Positions 1 to 8,448 of a DNA stretch of 32,000 nt are shown here, in pieces; the stretch's first letter is position 1; each line of letters begins with the position of its first letter. This stretch comes from Nonlabens ponticola (lineage in GTDB: Bacteria; Bacteroidota; Bacteroidia; Flavobacteriales; Flavobacteriaceae). The notes beneath the pieces were generated by a model. The model saw nothing but the letters and a program-made list of their open reading frames with translations. It was not told the origin of the DNA and did no database searches. Where the stretch lies: positions 660,001 through 692,000 of the forward strand of contig NZ_CP034549.1 in the NCBI RefSeq assembly GCF_003966335.1, given 5' to 3'. The translations under genes and the position numbers were made by a program.

Positions 1-963
1 TTAAAAAAGCTGATTGACATCAACGACTCTTATAGAGAATTACTGCCTATCGCATATTTAAAAGTGGAAGATGAGTCTAGCGCATTGCAAGCACTCGATG
101 CGCTAGATCGCGATTTAGGCCCTAGCGATAAGCGCAACAGATTGAGGAGAACATTACAAAAAACTACCGCGACCACAGGTTCACAACCTGTAATAGATCT
201 TGAAGAGCGACTTAGCTCTAATCCAAAAAATTCAGACCTATATGCGCAATTAATGTACGCTTACAGCCAGACCCAGGACGAGGAAAAAATGTTGAGCGTT
301 GCAGCGAGATGGCGTCAAAATATTCCTAGTGATGACCAGCCGTATCTAGCACTTTATAAAATCTACCTCAATCGTGGTGATATAGAAAAAGGGTTATCAA
401 GTCTGGTAAGAGTGCTCAAGTCCTCACAATTAGATGATCAAGTTAAATCGCAAGTAATTACCGATTATTTGAATGCTATTGAATCGCGCCCAGAACTGGC
501 CTCTCAAGTGGATGAGATCATGAAGATTTATGAAAGTCAGATTGAAGACACACAAGCTTTTATTGCATTAGGCAATTTTTATAAAGAAAAGAATCAATTG
601 AATCGTGCCGTACGTTTTTACCAAATGGCATTAGATCAAGATGATCAGGATTTTGATTTGATTAAAATAACATCGCTGTTGTACCTGGACCTGGGAAAAT
701 TTGATGATGCGGCGACCATCAGCGAACAAGCGTTGGAAATCTATCCAGCACAATCATTGTTGTACTTAATCAATGGTGCTGCTCTAAATCAGCTGCAAGA
801 ATATAAGAAGGCAATAACAGTGCTGGAAACTGGGTTATCATTTTTACTGGATGAGCCGCAACTGGAAAAAGATATTTATGAGCAGCTGTTGCTGTCCTAT
901 GAAAAACTAGGCGACAATAAAAAAGCTGCATCATTGCGTGAAACACTGCGCGACTTGAATTAG
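1..963 (+). CDS. TPR-like helical-repeat protein, 5' end outside the window
   Basis: The reading frame is open from nt 1, with no stop before the GTG at 64 used by the ORF track. It contains repeated amphipathic helix pairs such as ALGNFYKEKNQLNRAVRFYQMAL and LYLDLGKFDDAATISEQALEIYP. It is the first gene of a co-directional trio with the DUF4292-like and EnvC-like genes. Confidence 0.6.
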   Translation, partial: LKKLIDINDSYRELLPIAYLKVEDESSALQALDALDRDLGPSDKRNRLRRTLQKTTATTGSQPVIDLEERLSSNPKNSDLYAQLMYAYSQTQDEEKMLSVAARWRQNIPSDDQPYLALYKIYLNRGDIEKGLSSLVRVLKSSQLDDQVKSQVITDYLNAIESRPELASQVDEIMKIYESQIEDTQAFIALGNFYKEKNQLNRAVRFYQMALDQDDQDFDLIKITSLLYLDLGKFDDAATISEQALEIYPAQSLLYLINGAALNQLQEYKKAITVLETGLSFLLDEPQLEKDIYEQLLLSYEKLGDNKKAASLRETLRDLN

Positions 964-968
964 AATTT

Positions 969-1727
969 ATGAGACTTAAAAGTATTACCTACATAGCGAT
1001 CGCATTGATAATCACTGCTTGCGGCACATCAAGACTAGCGTCTGAGGATGCCTCAACTACCGCTGCCAAAACCAAAATCATCAACTCGCACAATAATGCA
1101 GCGATCAATTTTACTACAATGCAATCAAGACTGCGTGTGCGATTTCAAAATCCAGATCAAAATCGTAGCGTGAGTGTTGACCTGCGTATGAAACAAGGAG
1201 AGCACATCTGGATGAGTGCACGCATTTTAGGAATTACCCTTGCCAAAGTCAGCATCACACCAGATCGGGTCCAGTTTTACGAGAAGTTGAATAACCGTTC
1301 TTTTGATGGTGATTTTTCTATTATTTCAGAGTTTTTAGGTGAAGAGCTCAACTATCAGCAACTTGAGAATTTGTTGTTGGGTCAGGCGTTTGAGCCTTTA
1401 AATAATTTACAGTACAGTGTAATTGACAATGAGTACCAATTCAAGTCTAAGCAAGGAACCATAGAAAAGCTATTCATGCTGCGCCCAGCAGACTTTAAAA
1501 CGTCTAGACAATCAGTTGTGAAATCAGACGAGAACAGCTCGCTTGATGCGCGCTATCCACAATACCAGATGGTTGACAATAAGATCATACCATTAGAGCT
1601 CAACATCAATGCTAACCAGAAGGGCAAGTTGACTCGAGTGGAGCTTGAGTTCAATAACGTAGAATTTGGTCAAGATTTGAGTTTTCCATTTAGCATGCCT
1701 AGCAATACTAGGCCATATAATTTCTAG
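969..1727 (+). CDS. DUF4292-like (LolB-fold-like) lipoprotein
   Basis: ATG at 969 lies 5 nt after the upstream stop. The signal peptide has a lipobox (ALIITAC). Size and position between a TPR protein and an M23/EnvC-like protein are typical of Bacteroidota. The family call is from memory. Confidence 0.55.
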   Translation: MRLKSITYIAIALIITACGTSRLASEDASTTAAKTKIINSHNNAAINFTTMQSRLRVRFQNPDQNRSVSVDLRMKQGEHIWMSARILGITLAKVSITPDRVQFYEKLNNRSFDGDFSIISEFLGEELNYQQLENLLLGQAFEPLNNLQYSVIDNEYQFKSKQGTIEKLFMLRPADFKTSRQSVVKSDENSSLDARYPQYQMVDNKIIPLELNINANQKGKLTRVELEFNNVEFGQDLSFPFSMPSNTRPYNF

Positions 1728-2933
1728 ATGAGAACAGCTGTAATCTTATTGTTGTTTCTTTTTGGGACAAGTTCTATTGCTTTCTCACAATCTGAAAAAG
1801 CAAAACTAGAACGCCAACGTGCCGCGATACAGGCACAAATCAATCAATACGATAAGTTGTTGCGTGCTGCACGCAGTGAAGGTGAGTCTGTACTTACTCG
1901 ATTAGAAGCTATCGATGCAAGGATCAAAAAGACCCAGCAAATTATCAATATTACTAATAAGCAAGCAAATATTATTACTCGCGATATTGCTACCAACAAG
2001 ACACAAGTAGAAAAGCTAGAAGCAGAAATCAAGGTTCTTAAAAAGGACTATGCCGATATGATCGTCAAGGCATACAAGTCCAAAAATGATCAGAGCAGAC
2101 TGATGTTTCTCTTATCTTCTGAGGATTTTCTGCAAGCCTATAAACGTGTTCAATACTTGCAAGCCTATGCAGATTATCGCAAGAAACAAGCAGATGAGAT
2201 CACGGAAAAATCAAATTTACTGGTGCAAAAAAACCAACAATTAGAAATCGAGCAACAACAAAAACTGGAGATTCTTGCTGAAAACCAACGGAGACGTAAC
2301 GAACTTAAAAAGGATAAGCAAACACAAGTAGTTTTGCTAGAAGAAGTAAAGCAAAACCAGAAGCGTTACGCAGCCGATATTCGCGAGAAGGCCAGAGAAC
2401 GTTCTCGTATCGACAGCCAAATAAGAAAACTTATCGAGGCCGATATTGCAGCTAGTAATAAAGGAAAAGTTGGAGCTACAAAAGGTAAATTCTTCCTTAC
2501 TCCAGAGGCTAAGGCTCTTGCTAACAATTTTACTAGCAATCGCGGCAAACTACCATGGCCAGTGGCAGAAGGTGTGATTACACGTCGTTTTGGTAATCAA
2601 CCGCATCCTGTAATTCCTGGCATTCAAATACCTAGCAATGGATTGCGCATTCAAGCGCCAATAGGGACTAAAGCTAGAGCAGTATTTAAAGGTGAGGTGT
2701 GGCGAGTGCAGCGAGCAAAAAACGGAATCCTATCTGTTCATGTGAAGCACGGTAATTATATCTCTATTTACAGCAATTTAAAAACTGTCAATGTTCAAAA
2801 AGGCGACAAGGTAAATACGCTGGATACCATCGGTGAGATTTTTACCGATAGATCTGGAGTTGCAGAGCTGCAATTCACCATGTTTGAGGACAATAAAGTG
2901 CTAGATCCAGCAAGATGGATTTTGAGAGGATAA
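1728..2933 (+). CDS. EnvC-like murein hydrolase activator (long coiled coil plus degenerate LytM/M23 domain)
   Basis: ATG directly follows the upstream TAG. It has an N-terminal signal, about 230 aa of Q/K/E-rich coiled coil and a C-terminal LytM fold. The metal ligands are missing: NGLRIQAP replaces HxGxD, YSNL replaces YAHL, and ELQFTMFED replaces HLHFE. Confidence 0.75.
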   Translation: MRTAVILLLFLFGTSSIAFSQSEKAKLERQRAAIQAQINQYDKLLRAARSEGESVLTRLEAIDARIKKTQQIINITNKQANIITRDIATNKTQVEKLEAEIKVLKKDYADMIVKAYKSKNDQSRLMFLLSSEDFLQAYKRVQYLQAYADYRKKQADEITEKSNLLVQKNQQLEIEQQQKLEILAENQRRRNELKKDKQTQVVLLEEVKQNQKRYAADIREKARERSRIDSQIRKLIEADIAASNKGKVGATKGKFFLTPEAKALANNFTSNRGKLPWPVAEGVITRRFGNQPHPVIPGIQIPSNGLRIQAPIGTKARAVFKGEVWRVQRAKNGILSVHVKHGNYISIYSNLKTVNVQKGDKVNTLDTIGEIFTDRSGVAELQFTMFEDNKVLDPARWILRG

Positions 2934-2951
2934 CAGCACACGGATCAAAGT

Positions 2952-3485
2952 TTACTCAAACAACGCTTTCAATTCCGTAGCGTCCTTTGCCTTCATTTTG
3001 CCTGCAAGCACCAGACTCAATTGTTTGCGTCTTAGTGCGCCGTCATAGCGCTTTTTCTCGTCTTCGGTTTCTGGATGTAGTTCTGGAACTTTTACGGGAC
3101 GACCAGTGTCGTCTACAGCCACAAAAGAATAAATAGCTTCATTTGCCTTAGTGCGATTACCGCTCTCGCGATCTTCAACCCATACATCCATATAAACTTC
3201 CATCGATGAGGTAAAAGCTCTAGAAACTTGAGCTTCAATGGTTACCACACTACCTAGAGGTACCATCCTATTAAAAGCCACGTGATTGACAGATGCAGTG
3301 ACAACAATACGACGACAATGTCTTCTCGCTGCAATACTAGCAGCACGATCCATACGAGCTAATAGCTCGCCACCAAAGAGATTATTCAGCGGGTTTGTCT
3401 CGCTAGGCAAGACCATGTCAGTAACGGTAGTAAAAGATTGCGATGGTGTTTTGATGTCCTCCATTGAGTGATTTTGAATGGACAA
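2952..3485 (-). CDS. Acyl-CoA thioesterase, hotdog fold (YciA/BFIT-like)
   Basis: Motifs seen are NxxGxLFGGxLLxxMD-like (NNLFGGELLARMDRAASIAA), VTASVNHVAFNRMVPLGSVV and SSMEVYMDVWVE. The length is 177 aa. Confidence 0.75.
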   Translation of the reverse strand: MSIQNHSMEDIKTPSQSFTTVTDMVLPSETNPLNNLFGGELLARMDRAASIAARRHCRRIVVTASVNHVAFNRMVPLGSVVTIEAQVSRAFTSSMEVYMDVWVEDRESGNRTKANEAIYSFVAVDDTGRPVKVPELHPETEDEKKRYDGALRRKQLSLVLAGKMKAKDATELKALFE

Positions 3486-3566
3486 AGGTACACCGCATTA
3501 CAAAACGAGTATAAGAAGGCTAGACTTCTGTGTTTTATTTAACGCAAATTTCAAAGGAGTTGCTGC

Positions 3567-4511
3567 CTACTTCTCCAAAGTCCCAGTAAACAACCAGGCG
3601 CTAGGATAGCCTTGTTTGCGATTGAGATACAAGGCATTGATGGCGTCATCACGATCTGCATAACTGCCTAGAGCTACATTGTGCAAACCATATTCATTGA
3701 CACCGATCACTCGAGCATCATAACCCGCTTTTTGGAGCTGGGCTACTTTTTTATCAGCATTTGCTGCAGACCGGAATGCACCTGCGACCACGTGATAATT
3801 TTTAATCTCAGGAGCAACCTCCATCGTTATGCTAGGCAACGGTGTAGAAATCAGGAAAGTTGCCTCCTGCATTTTGGTCTTGAATTGTTCATCTGCCATT
3901 TGCTCAATGACCATAGCATCGTTGACTGCCTGTGTTTTTACTGTATTATGCGCTAGATAACTACCAGCAACAAGAATGGCGACGGCAGCTGCGGCACGTA
4001 CCCAATTGGCCGTATTAGATTTGGCTGTGGTAAGTTGAACAACCGGTTTTTCTTCAATCACGACCTCTTCTACAGGAGTAGTTACAGGAGTACGATCTAC
4101 GGCATATGCCTCGTGTGTGGCAAGGCCAAATGCCTCTGGCAAATAATTAACCAGATACATAGGCGTGAATTGTAGCGTGTCCTCTGCACCGCGAGTAAAT
4201 CGGCCTACTTTATGAATCGTCACCTCGCCATGCTCATCAATCTCGTGATCCAGAAAACGGACATAATTGCGCACCTGTTGCAAGGCCTCGTCATAAGGAA
4301 TTTGCTGCACCGTACTGATGTAATTAACCAGCAATCCATCATTTTGCTGTATTTGAGCATTAAAACTCAATCCCTTTTTAGGAGGATACAGCGTGTGTGT
4401 ACTCGCAAAATGCTGCGCCGGCACACGTCTAGACAGGAATGCACCATAACCAGGAATGACCACACACTCATGGCGGTACAATAATTCAGATATGTAGGTT
4501 CCTACTTGCAT
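3567..4511 (-). CDS. HU-like N-terminal domain / C-terminal SPOR domain protein (peptidoglycan-binding, division-associated)
   Basis: The N-terminus is ISELLYRHECVVIPGYGAFLSRRVPA, followed by a central TM segment (WVRAAAAVAILVAGSYL). The C-terminal SPOR-like region reads YHVVAGAFRSAANADKKVAQLQKAGYDARVI...YADRDDAINAL. Confidence 0.7.
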   Translation of the reverse strand: MQVGTYISELLYRHECVVIPGYGAFLSRRVPAQHFASTHTLYPPKKGLSFNAQIQQNDGLLVNYISTVQQIPYDEALQQVRNYVRFLDHEIDEHGEVTIHKVGRFTRGAEDTLQFTPMYLVNYLPEAFGLATHEAYAVDRTPVTTPVEEVVIEEKPVVQLTTAKSNTANWVRAAAAVAILVAGSYLAHNTVKTQAVNDAMVIEQMADEQFKTKMQEATFLISTPLPSITMEVAPEIKNYHVVAGAFRSAANADKKVAQLQKAGYDARVIGVNEYGLHNVALGSYADRDDAINALYLNRKQGYPSAWLFTGTLEK

Positions 4512-4614
4512 ATAACAAACATAAAAATTAAAATAATATCTGTGCGCCCAGCGTGCAACTAGTTATAAAGAAAACGAGATTTCCTTGTTATGGCAACGGT
4601 ATTGTTAGGGTGTC

Positions 4615-4630
4615 AGCTTTCGCGAAAGCT
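4615..4630. repeat. GCTTTCGCGAAAGC palindrome copy (16-bp perfect palindrome AGCTTTCGCGAAAGCT), intergenic
   Basis: Read directly. The core is at 4616-4629 and the right flank TATCAAACCA is at 4634-4643. Confidence 0.95.
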
Positions 4631-4698
4631 AACTATCAAACCACTACATCAACACGATAACAAGCATGTGTAACCACAGCCAACTTGAGCAAATGCCT

Positions 4699-4706
4699 TA
4701 AATTTG
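4699..4706 (+). promoter_or_regulatory. Candidate Bacteroidota -7 box (TAAATTTG) for pheS
   Basis: It matches TAnnTTTG and lies 20 nt upstream of the pheS ATG. No well-spaced -33 TTG was found. Confidence 0.3.
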
Positions 4707-4726
4707 CATCCTATTGAAGAGAAAAA

Positions 4727-5746
4727 ATGCTGGATAAGGTTACAGAACATATTAAGAAAGTCGAGTCGTTCAAGGCGAGTGATGCTGCTGCGGTAGAGGC
4801 TTTCAGGATTGAATATTTAGGGACTAAGGGTTTGCTCAAGGAATTGTTTGCGGCCTTTAAGGAAGTGCCCAACGAGCAGAAAAAAGCCTATGGTCAGGCG
4901 ATCAATGAATTGAAGCAAAAGGCGACTGATAAGGTACAGCAACTCAAGGATGAGCTAGAATCAAAGGAAGAAGAAGCTGGTGTTTACGGCGATTTAACCC
5001 GATCTGGTTACCCGATTGAGGTAGGCTCCAGGCATCCTATTTCTATTGTGAAAAACCAAATTATCGAGGTATTCTCACGCATAGGTTTCAACGTGAGTGA
5101 AGGTCCAGAGATTGAGGACGACTGGCACAATTTTACCGCACTCAACCTGCCAGAGCATCACCCAGCGCGCGATATGCAGGATACTTTTTTCATCCAGACA
5201 AATCCTGATGTGTTGCTGCGTACGCATACATCCAGCGTACAGGTGCGATATATGGAAAATAACAAGCCGCCTATCAGGACGATCTCGCCAGGTCGTGTTT
5301 TTAGAAATGAGGCGATAAGTGCACGATCGCACTGTATTTTTCATCAGGTAGAAGGTTTGTACATTGACAAGGATGTGAGTTTTGCAGACTTAAAGCAAAC
5401 GCTGCTTTACTTTACCAAAGAAATGTTCGGCAAGTCAAAAATCAGGTTGCGCCCATCCTATTTCCCATTCACAGAACCCAGCGCAGAAGTTGATATCTAT
5501 TGGGGTCTAGAAACTGAAACCGATTACCGTATCACAAAAGGTACGGGCTGGCTAGAAATCATGGGTTGTGGTATGGTAGATCCTGCGGTACTCACAAACT
5601 GCGGTATTGATCCAGAGGAATATAGCGGTTTTGCCTTTGGTATGGGAATCGAGCGCATTGCGATGTTATTGTATCAAATAGGTGACATACGCATGTTCTT
5701 TGAAAACGATGTGCGTTTCTTGAAGCAGTTTTCCAGCACCTTGTAG
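4727..5746 (+). CDS. pheS: Phenylalanine--tRNA ligase alpha subunit
   Basis: Class II aaRS motifs are present: HPARDMQDTFF, LLRTHTSSVQVRYM, PGRVFRNEAISARSHCIFHQVEG and GFAFGMGIERIAML. The length is 339 aa. Confidence 0.95.
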   Translation: MLDKVTEHIKKVESFKASDAAAVEAFRIEYLGTKGLLKELFAAFKEVPNEQKKAYGQAINELKQKATDKVQQLKDELESKEEEAGVYGDLTRSGYPIEVGSRHPISIVKNQIIEVFSRIGFNVSEGPEIEDDWHNFTALNLPEHHPARDMQDTFFIQTNPDVLLRTHTSSVQVRYMENNKPPIRTISPGRVFRNEAISARSHCIFHQVEGLYIDKDVSFADLKQTLLYFTKEMFGKSKIRLRPSYFPFTEPSAEVDIYWGLETETDYRITKGTGWLEIMGCGMVDPAVLTNCGIDPEEYSGFAFGMGIERIAMLLYQIGDIRMFFENDVRFLKQFSSTL

Positions 5747-6211
5747 TGGCGATTGGTAAGCTCATTTTTGTCTACAATGCAAATTCTGGCCGTATCAATT
5801 CCTGGCTGGATAGCGCACACAAAATCATAAGTCCATCTACCTATCAATGTAAGTTGTGTGAACTGACCCATGGTGCTTTTACAGAGCATGATGAGTGGTC
5901 ACGCTTTCGAGAGAGCCTTGCCGGCGAGCGAGAAGTTTATGCCGGACTCGATCCGGCACGAAAGCTTGCTAGAATCAAACACACAGTTAGAATTTTTGCA
6001 CAAGGATGAATTCAAGCAACGCTACTGGTCAAAATGGTTGCCTAAGTACGATTTCCCAATTATTTTAAGCACCAGCGATGACTTGCAGAAAGATTACCAC
6101 GCACAAGGCAATAGTACTGGAATGGATATCTTTATGACGGCTGGTGAGATGGATGCGTTGGAAACAACGGAAGAGATGATAGTTGCTATTAAGGAAAAAT
6201 TGAAAAGCTAA
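5746..6211 (+). pseudogene. Small conserved protein (N-terminal CxxC, central EFLHKDEF) split into two ORFs by a 49-nt insertion
   Basis: ORF 5746-6009 (frame 1) carries the N-terminal half up to ...HDEWSRFRES. ORF 5870-6211 (frame 2) carries ...ESLLESNTQLEFLHKDEFKQRYWSKWLPKYDFPIIL. Removing nt 5910-5958 joins them in frame as one ~139-aa protein. The GTG start overlaps the pheS stop (TAGTG). Confidence 0.6.
5910..5958 (+). other. 49-nt insertion at the exact centre of a GCTTTCG|CGAAAGC palindrome; contains its own hairpin
   Basis: The half-sites GCTTTCG (5903-5909) and CGAAAGC (5959-5965) flank the insert. The internal hairpin is TGCCGGA-CTCGA-TCCGGCA at 5940-5958. TGCCGG is repeated directly at 5919-5924 and 5940-5945. 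The length is 3n+1, which explains the frameshift. Confidence 0.6.
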
Positions 6212-6214
6212 ATC

Positions 6215-6613
6215 TTGAAAAAAGACATCACCATACCAGAAGTTAAAGACGTTCACATAGCTGTAGTCCACGAGTGGAACGAGGATTTTTCATCGCATGA
6301 TTGGGTCATCTACTTGATCAACAATATGAGAGAACCCATGGAAAGCGTCATGATCATGAGTCGCGGCAAGCATCGTGATGGTCGCAAGACATCAACCTTC
6401 AGGCACGCATTTAAAGTAGTGCCGGCCAAAAGTTCCATAAGAGTCGAGCTCATCATGGAAGACGTCTTCCCATTTCTCAACGAGTTTATCTTGACCTATT
6501 TCAAGGATAAAACACTATATGACAAGACCTACATGGCCGCGCCGAACACGATCAACGAGAAAAATTTAAAAGATTTACCAGTGATGGATGTGCAAGGTGT
6601 GATGATTGATTAA
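6215..6613 (+). CDS. Hypothetical protein (132 aa, TTG start)
   Basis: The ORF starts 4 nt after the preceding stop. I recognise no motif. Its stop codon interlocks with the convergent gene in TTAA (6610-6613). Confidence 0.45.
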   Translation: MKKDITIPEVKDVHIAVVHEWNEDFSSHDWVIYLINNMREPMESVMIMSRGKHRDGRKTSTFRHAFKVVPAKSSIRVELIMEDVFPFLNEFILTYFKDKTLYDKTYMAAPNTINEKNLKDLPVMDVQGVMID

Positions 6614-7143
6614 TCAGTAAACCGCTCATCAGTTTCCATCACCGTACCGCACACATCACAGGTGCGCAGCTCTTCAGATAAATAGAATTCTTTAAATCTA
6701 GGCAAGAAGTCCTTTTCAATATCGTCCAATTTAAAATAGGTCTCATGCAGTTTGTGGTTGCAATTATCGCAATACCATAACAAGCCATCTACAGCATCGT
6801 CGCTCACACGTTTAGTTTCTACCACCAGCCCAATAGAATTTTCATGACGCACAGGCGAGTGCGGTACCTTACCTGGATGCAGGTACATATCGCCAGGCCC
6901 TAATTTCATGGTACGCTTCTCACCGTTGTCTTGCACATGTATTTCAATGTTTCCTTCAAGCTGGTAAAAAAGCTCTTCAGTCTCATTGTAATGATAGTCT
7001 TTACGGGCATTGGGGCCAGCTACAATCATTACGATATAGTCACCAGCATCTTTGTAAAGATTCTTGTTTCCAACTGGTGGTTTCAAGCTATCTCGGTTTT
7101 CTTCTACCCATTTGTTGAGGTTAAATGGTGCTTTTATCGCCAT
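6610..7143 (-). CDS. 3-hydroxyanthranilate 3,4-dioxygenase (cupin; kynurenine pathway to quinolinate/NAD)
   Basis: The N-terminus is FNLNKWVEENRDSLKPPVGNK. The cupin iron site is HYNETEELFYQLEG ... HSP. A C-terminal rubredoxin-like pair is present (CDNC ... CDVC). The length is 177 aa. Confidence 0.85.
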   Translation of the reverse strand: MAIKAPFNLNKWVEENRDSLKPPVGNKNLYKDAGDYIVMIVAGPNARKDYHYNETEELFYQLEGNIEIHVQDNGEKRTMKLGPGDMYLHPGKVPHSPVRHENSIGLVVETKRVSDDAVDGLLWYCDNCNHKLHETYFKLDDIEKDFLPRFKEFYLSEELRTCDVCGTVMETDERFTD

Positions 7144-7234
7144 GATCTAGTTTTTTTATAAAGGTAGTAATAAGGACATTTTGCTAGGCGTGGGCAGTAC
7201 ACATTTTGTAAATTGTAATCCTAATTCAACAACC

Positions 7235-8320
7235 ATGAGATTTTTATACCTGATTATTTTCAGCTTTATCCTTACCTCTTGCAATCAACCAGCAGAAACT
7301 ACTGCCCAACAACCTACTCAAGAACAACCACAACAAACCAGTGAGTTTGCCATTGTTATTCATGGCGGTGCAGGAACCATCAAAAAAGAGAACATGACGG
7401 CAGAGTTGGAACAGCAATACAACGACAAGCTTACTGAAGCCATAAAAGTAGGTCATGACATTCTCAAAAACGGCGGTAGCAGCGAGGACGCTGTAGAAGC
7501 CACCATTAGAGTGATGGAAGACTCTCCACTATTCAACAGCGGTAAAGGTGCGGTGTTCACTCACGATGGCATCAACTCACTAGATGCAAGCTTTATGGAA
7601 GGTAAAACACTCAATGCTGGTGCGGTCGCTGGTGTAACGACTGTAAAAAATCCTATCTCGCTTGCGCGAAAGGTAATGACAGACTCAGAACATGTGTTAT
7701 TGTGCGGTGATGGTGCAGACGCTTTCGCGAAAGCGGTACAAGATTCCACCATCGAGATCGTTTCCAACACCTATTTCTACACAGAAAACCGATTCAAAAG
7801 TTTGCAGCGCGTTCTGGATCGAGAAAGTCAAAAGGAAGAAGCTGAGAGCAAAAAAACAGCTTTAAACCAACTACAGCTTGAAGATCCGTTCTTAAAAGAC
7901 AGCAAATACGGAACCGTAGGTTGTGTTGCCCTAGACAAAAACGGAAACATCGCAGCAGGAACCAGTACTGGTGGCATGACCAATAAGCGTTATGGTCGTA
8001 TAGGCGACTCACCAATCATTGGTAGTGGCACCTATGCTAACAATAAAACTTGTGGTGTAAGCTCAACGGGACATGGTGAGTATTTTATACGCGCACAAGT
8101 AGCTTATGACATCAGCGCATTGATGGAATATGGTGGCTTGACACTCAAAGAAGCTACCGACAAGGTGATCCAGGAAAAGCTAGTAGATATGGGCGGTACC
8201 GGTGGCATTGTCGCACTGGATTATTTGGGTAACGTGTCCATGGAATTCAACACACCAGGAATGTACCGCGCCATGATGAACGATCAGGACGAGCTGGTTG
8301 TTGGGATGTATAAGGAGTGA
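7235..8320 (+). CDS. Isoaspartyl peptidase / plant-type L-asparaginase (Ntn hydrolase), lipoprotein
   Basis: The ATG at 7235 gives the signal and lipobox MRFLYLIIFSFILTSC, so the TTG at 7181 in the ORF track is probably too far upstream. Motifs seen are IHGGAGT, the autoproteolysis site GTVGCVALD, and STGGM, GRIGDSPIIG, GHGEYFIR. Confidence 0.85.
   Translation: MRFLYLIIFSFILTSCNQPAETTAQQPTQEQPQQTSEFAIVIHGGAGTIKKENMTAELEQQYNDKLTEAIKVGHDILKNGGSSEDAVEATIRVMEDSPLFNSGKGAVFTHDGINSLDASFMEGKTLNAGAVAGVTTVKNPISLARKVMTDSEHVLLCGDGADAFAKAVQDSTIEIVSNTYFYTENRFKSLQRVLDRESQKEEAESKKTALNQLQLEDPFLKDSKYGTVGCVALDKNGNIAAGTSTGGMTNKRYGRIGDSPIIGSGTYANNKTCGVSSTGHGEYFIRAQVAYDISALMEYGGLTLKEATDKVIQEKLVDMGGTGGIVALDYLGNVSMEFNTPGMYRAMMNDQDELVVGMYKE
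7720..7735. repeat. GCTTTCGCGAAAGC palindrome copy (16-bp CGCTTTCGCGAAAGCG) inside the isoaspartyl peptidase gene
   Basis: Read directly. The core is at 7721-7734 and is translated as AFAKA in GDGADAFAKAVQ. Confidence 0.95.
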
Positions 8321-8448
8321 TTAGTTGACAGTTGACAGACCGCTGTTTCTCAACTATCGCTCGAAATAGCTAAACTTTCTTAATAAGATTAACCTTTTGA
8401 CCAGCATCGATAGACAGTCAAGCTAAGTCAGATATAATAAGACACTAA

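Noticed and set aside
5870-6211. Treating the 113-aa ORF starting at the ATG at 5870 as an independent intact gene.
   Set aside because: Its first ~34 residues are out-of-frame read-through of the upstream ORF and the 49-nt insert. The recognisable part begins only after the right palindrome half, and it fuses in frame to 5746-5909 once the insert is removed.
7181-7234. The TTG start at 7181 for the isoaspartyl peptidase, and likewise 28851 for the DUF2007 gene, 25067 for RR2, 27679 for bphP and 15419 for panC.
   Set aside because: Downstream ATGs give a proper signal peptide with lipobox, canonical N-terminal spacing, or stop/start coupling with the upstream gene. The longer versions add non-homologous residues or overlap neighbours.
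7657-7670. GCTTGCGCGAAAGG inside the peptidase gene, as an additional degenerate palindrome copy. GAAGTCGCGAGCTTC at about 14203 is a similar case.
   Set aside because: Two or more mismatches break the dyad, which makes it indistinguishable from chance coding sequence.
8323-8336. The tandem AGTTGAC AGTTGAC as a regulatory repeat.
   Set aside because: There are only two 7-nt units directly after a stop codon. That is too short to separate from chance, so it is mentioned only as context for the AT-rich islet.
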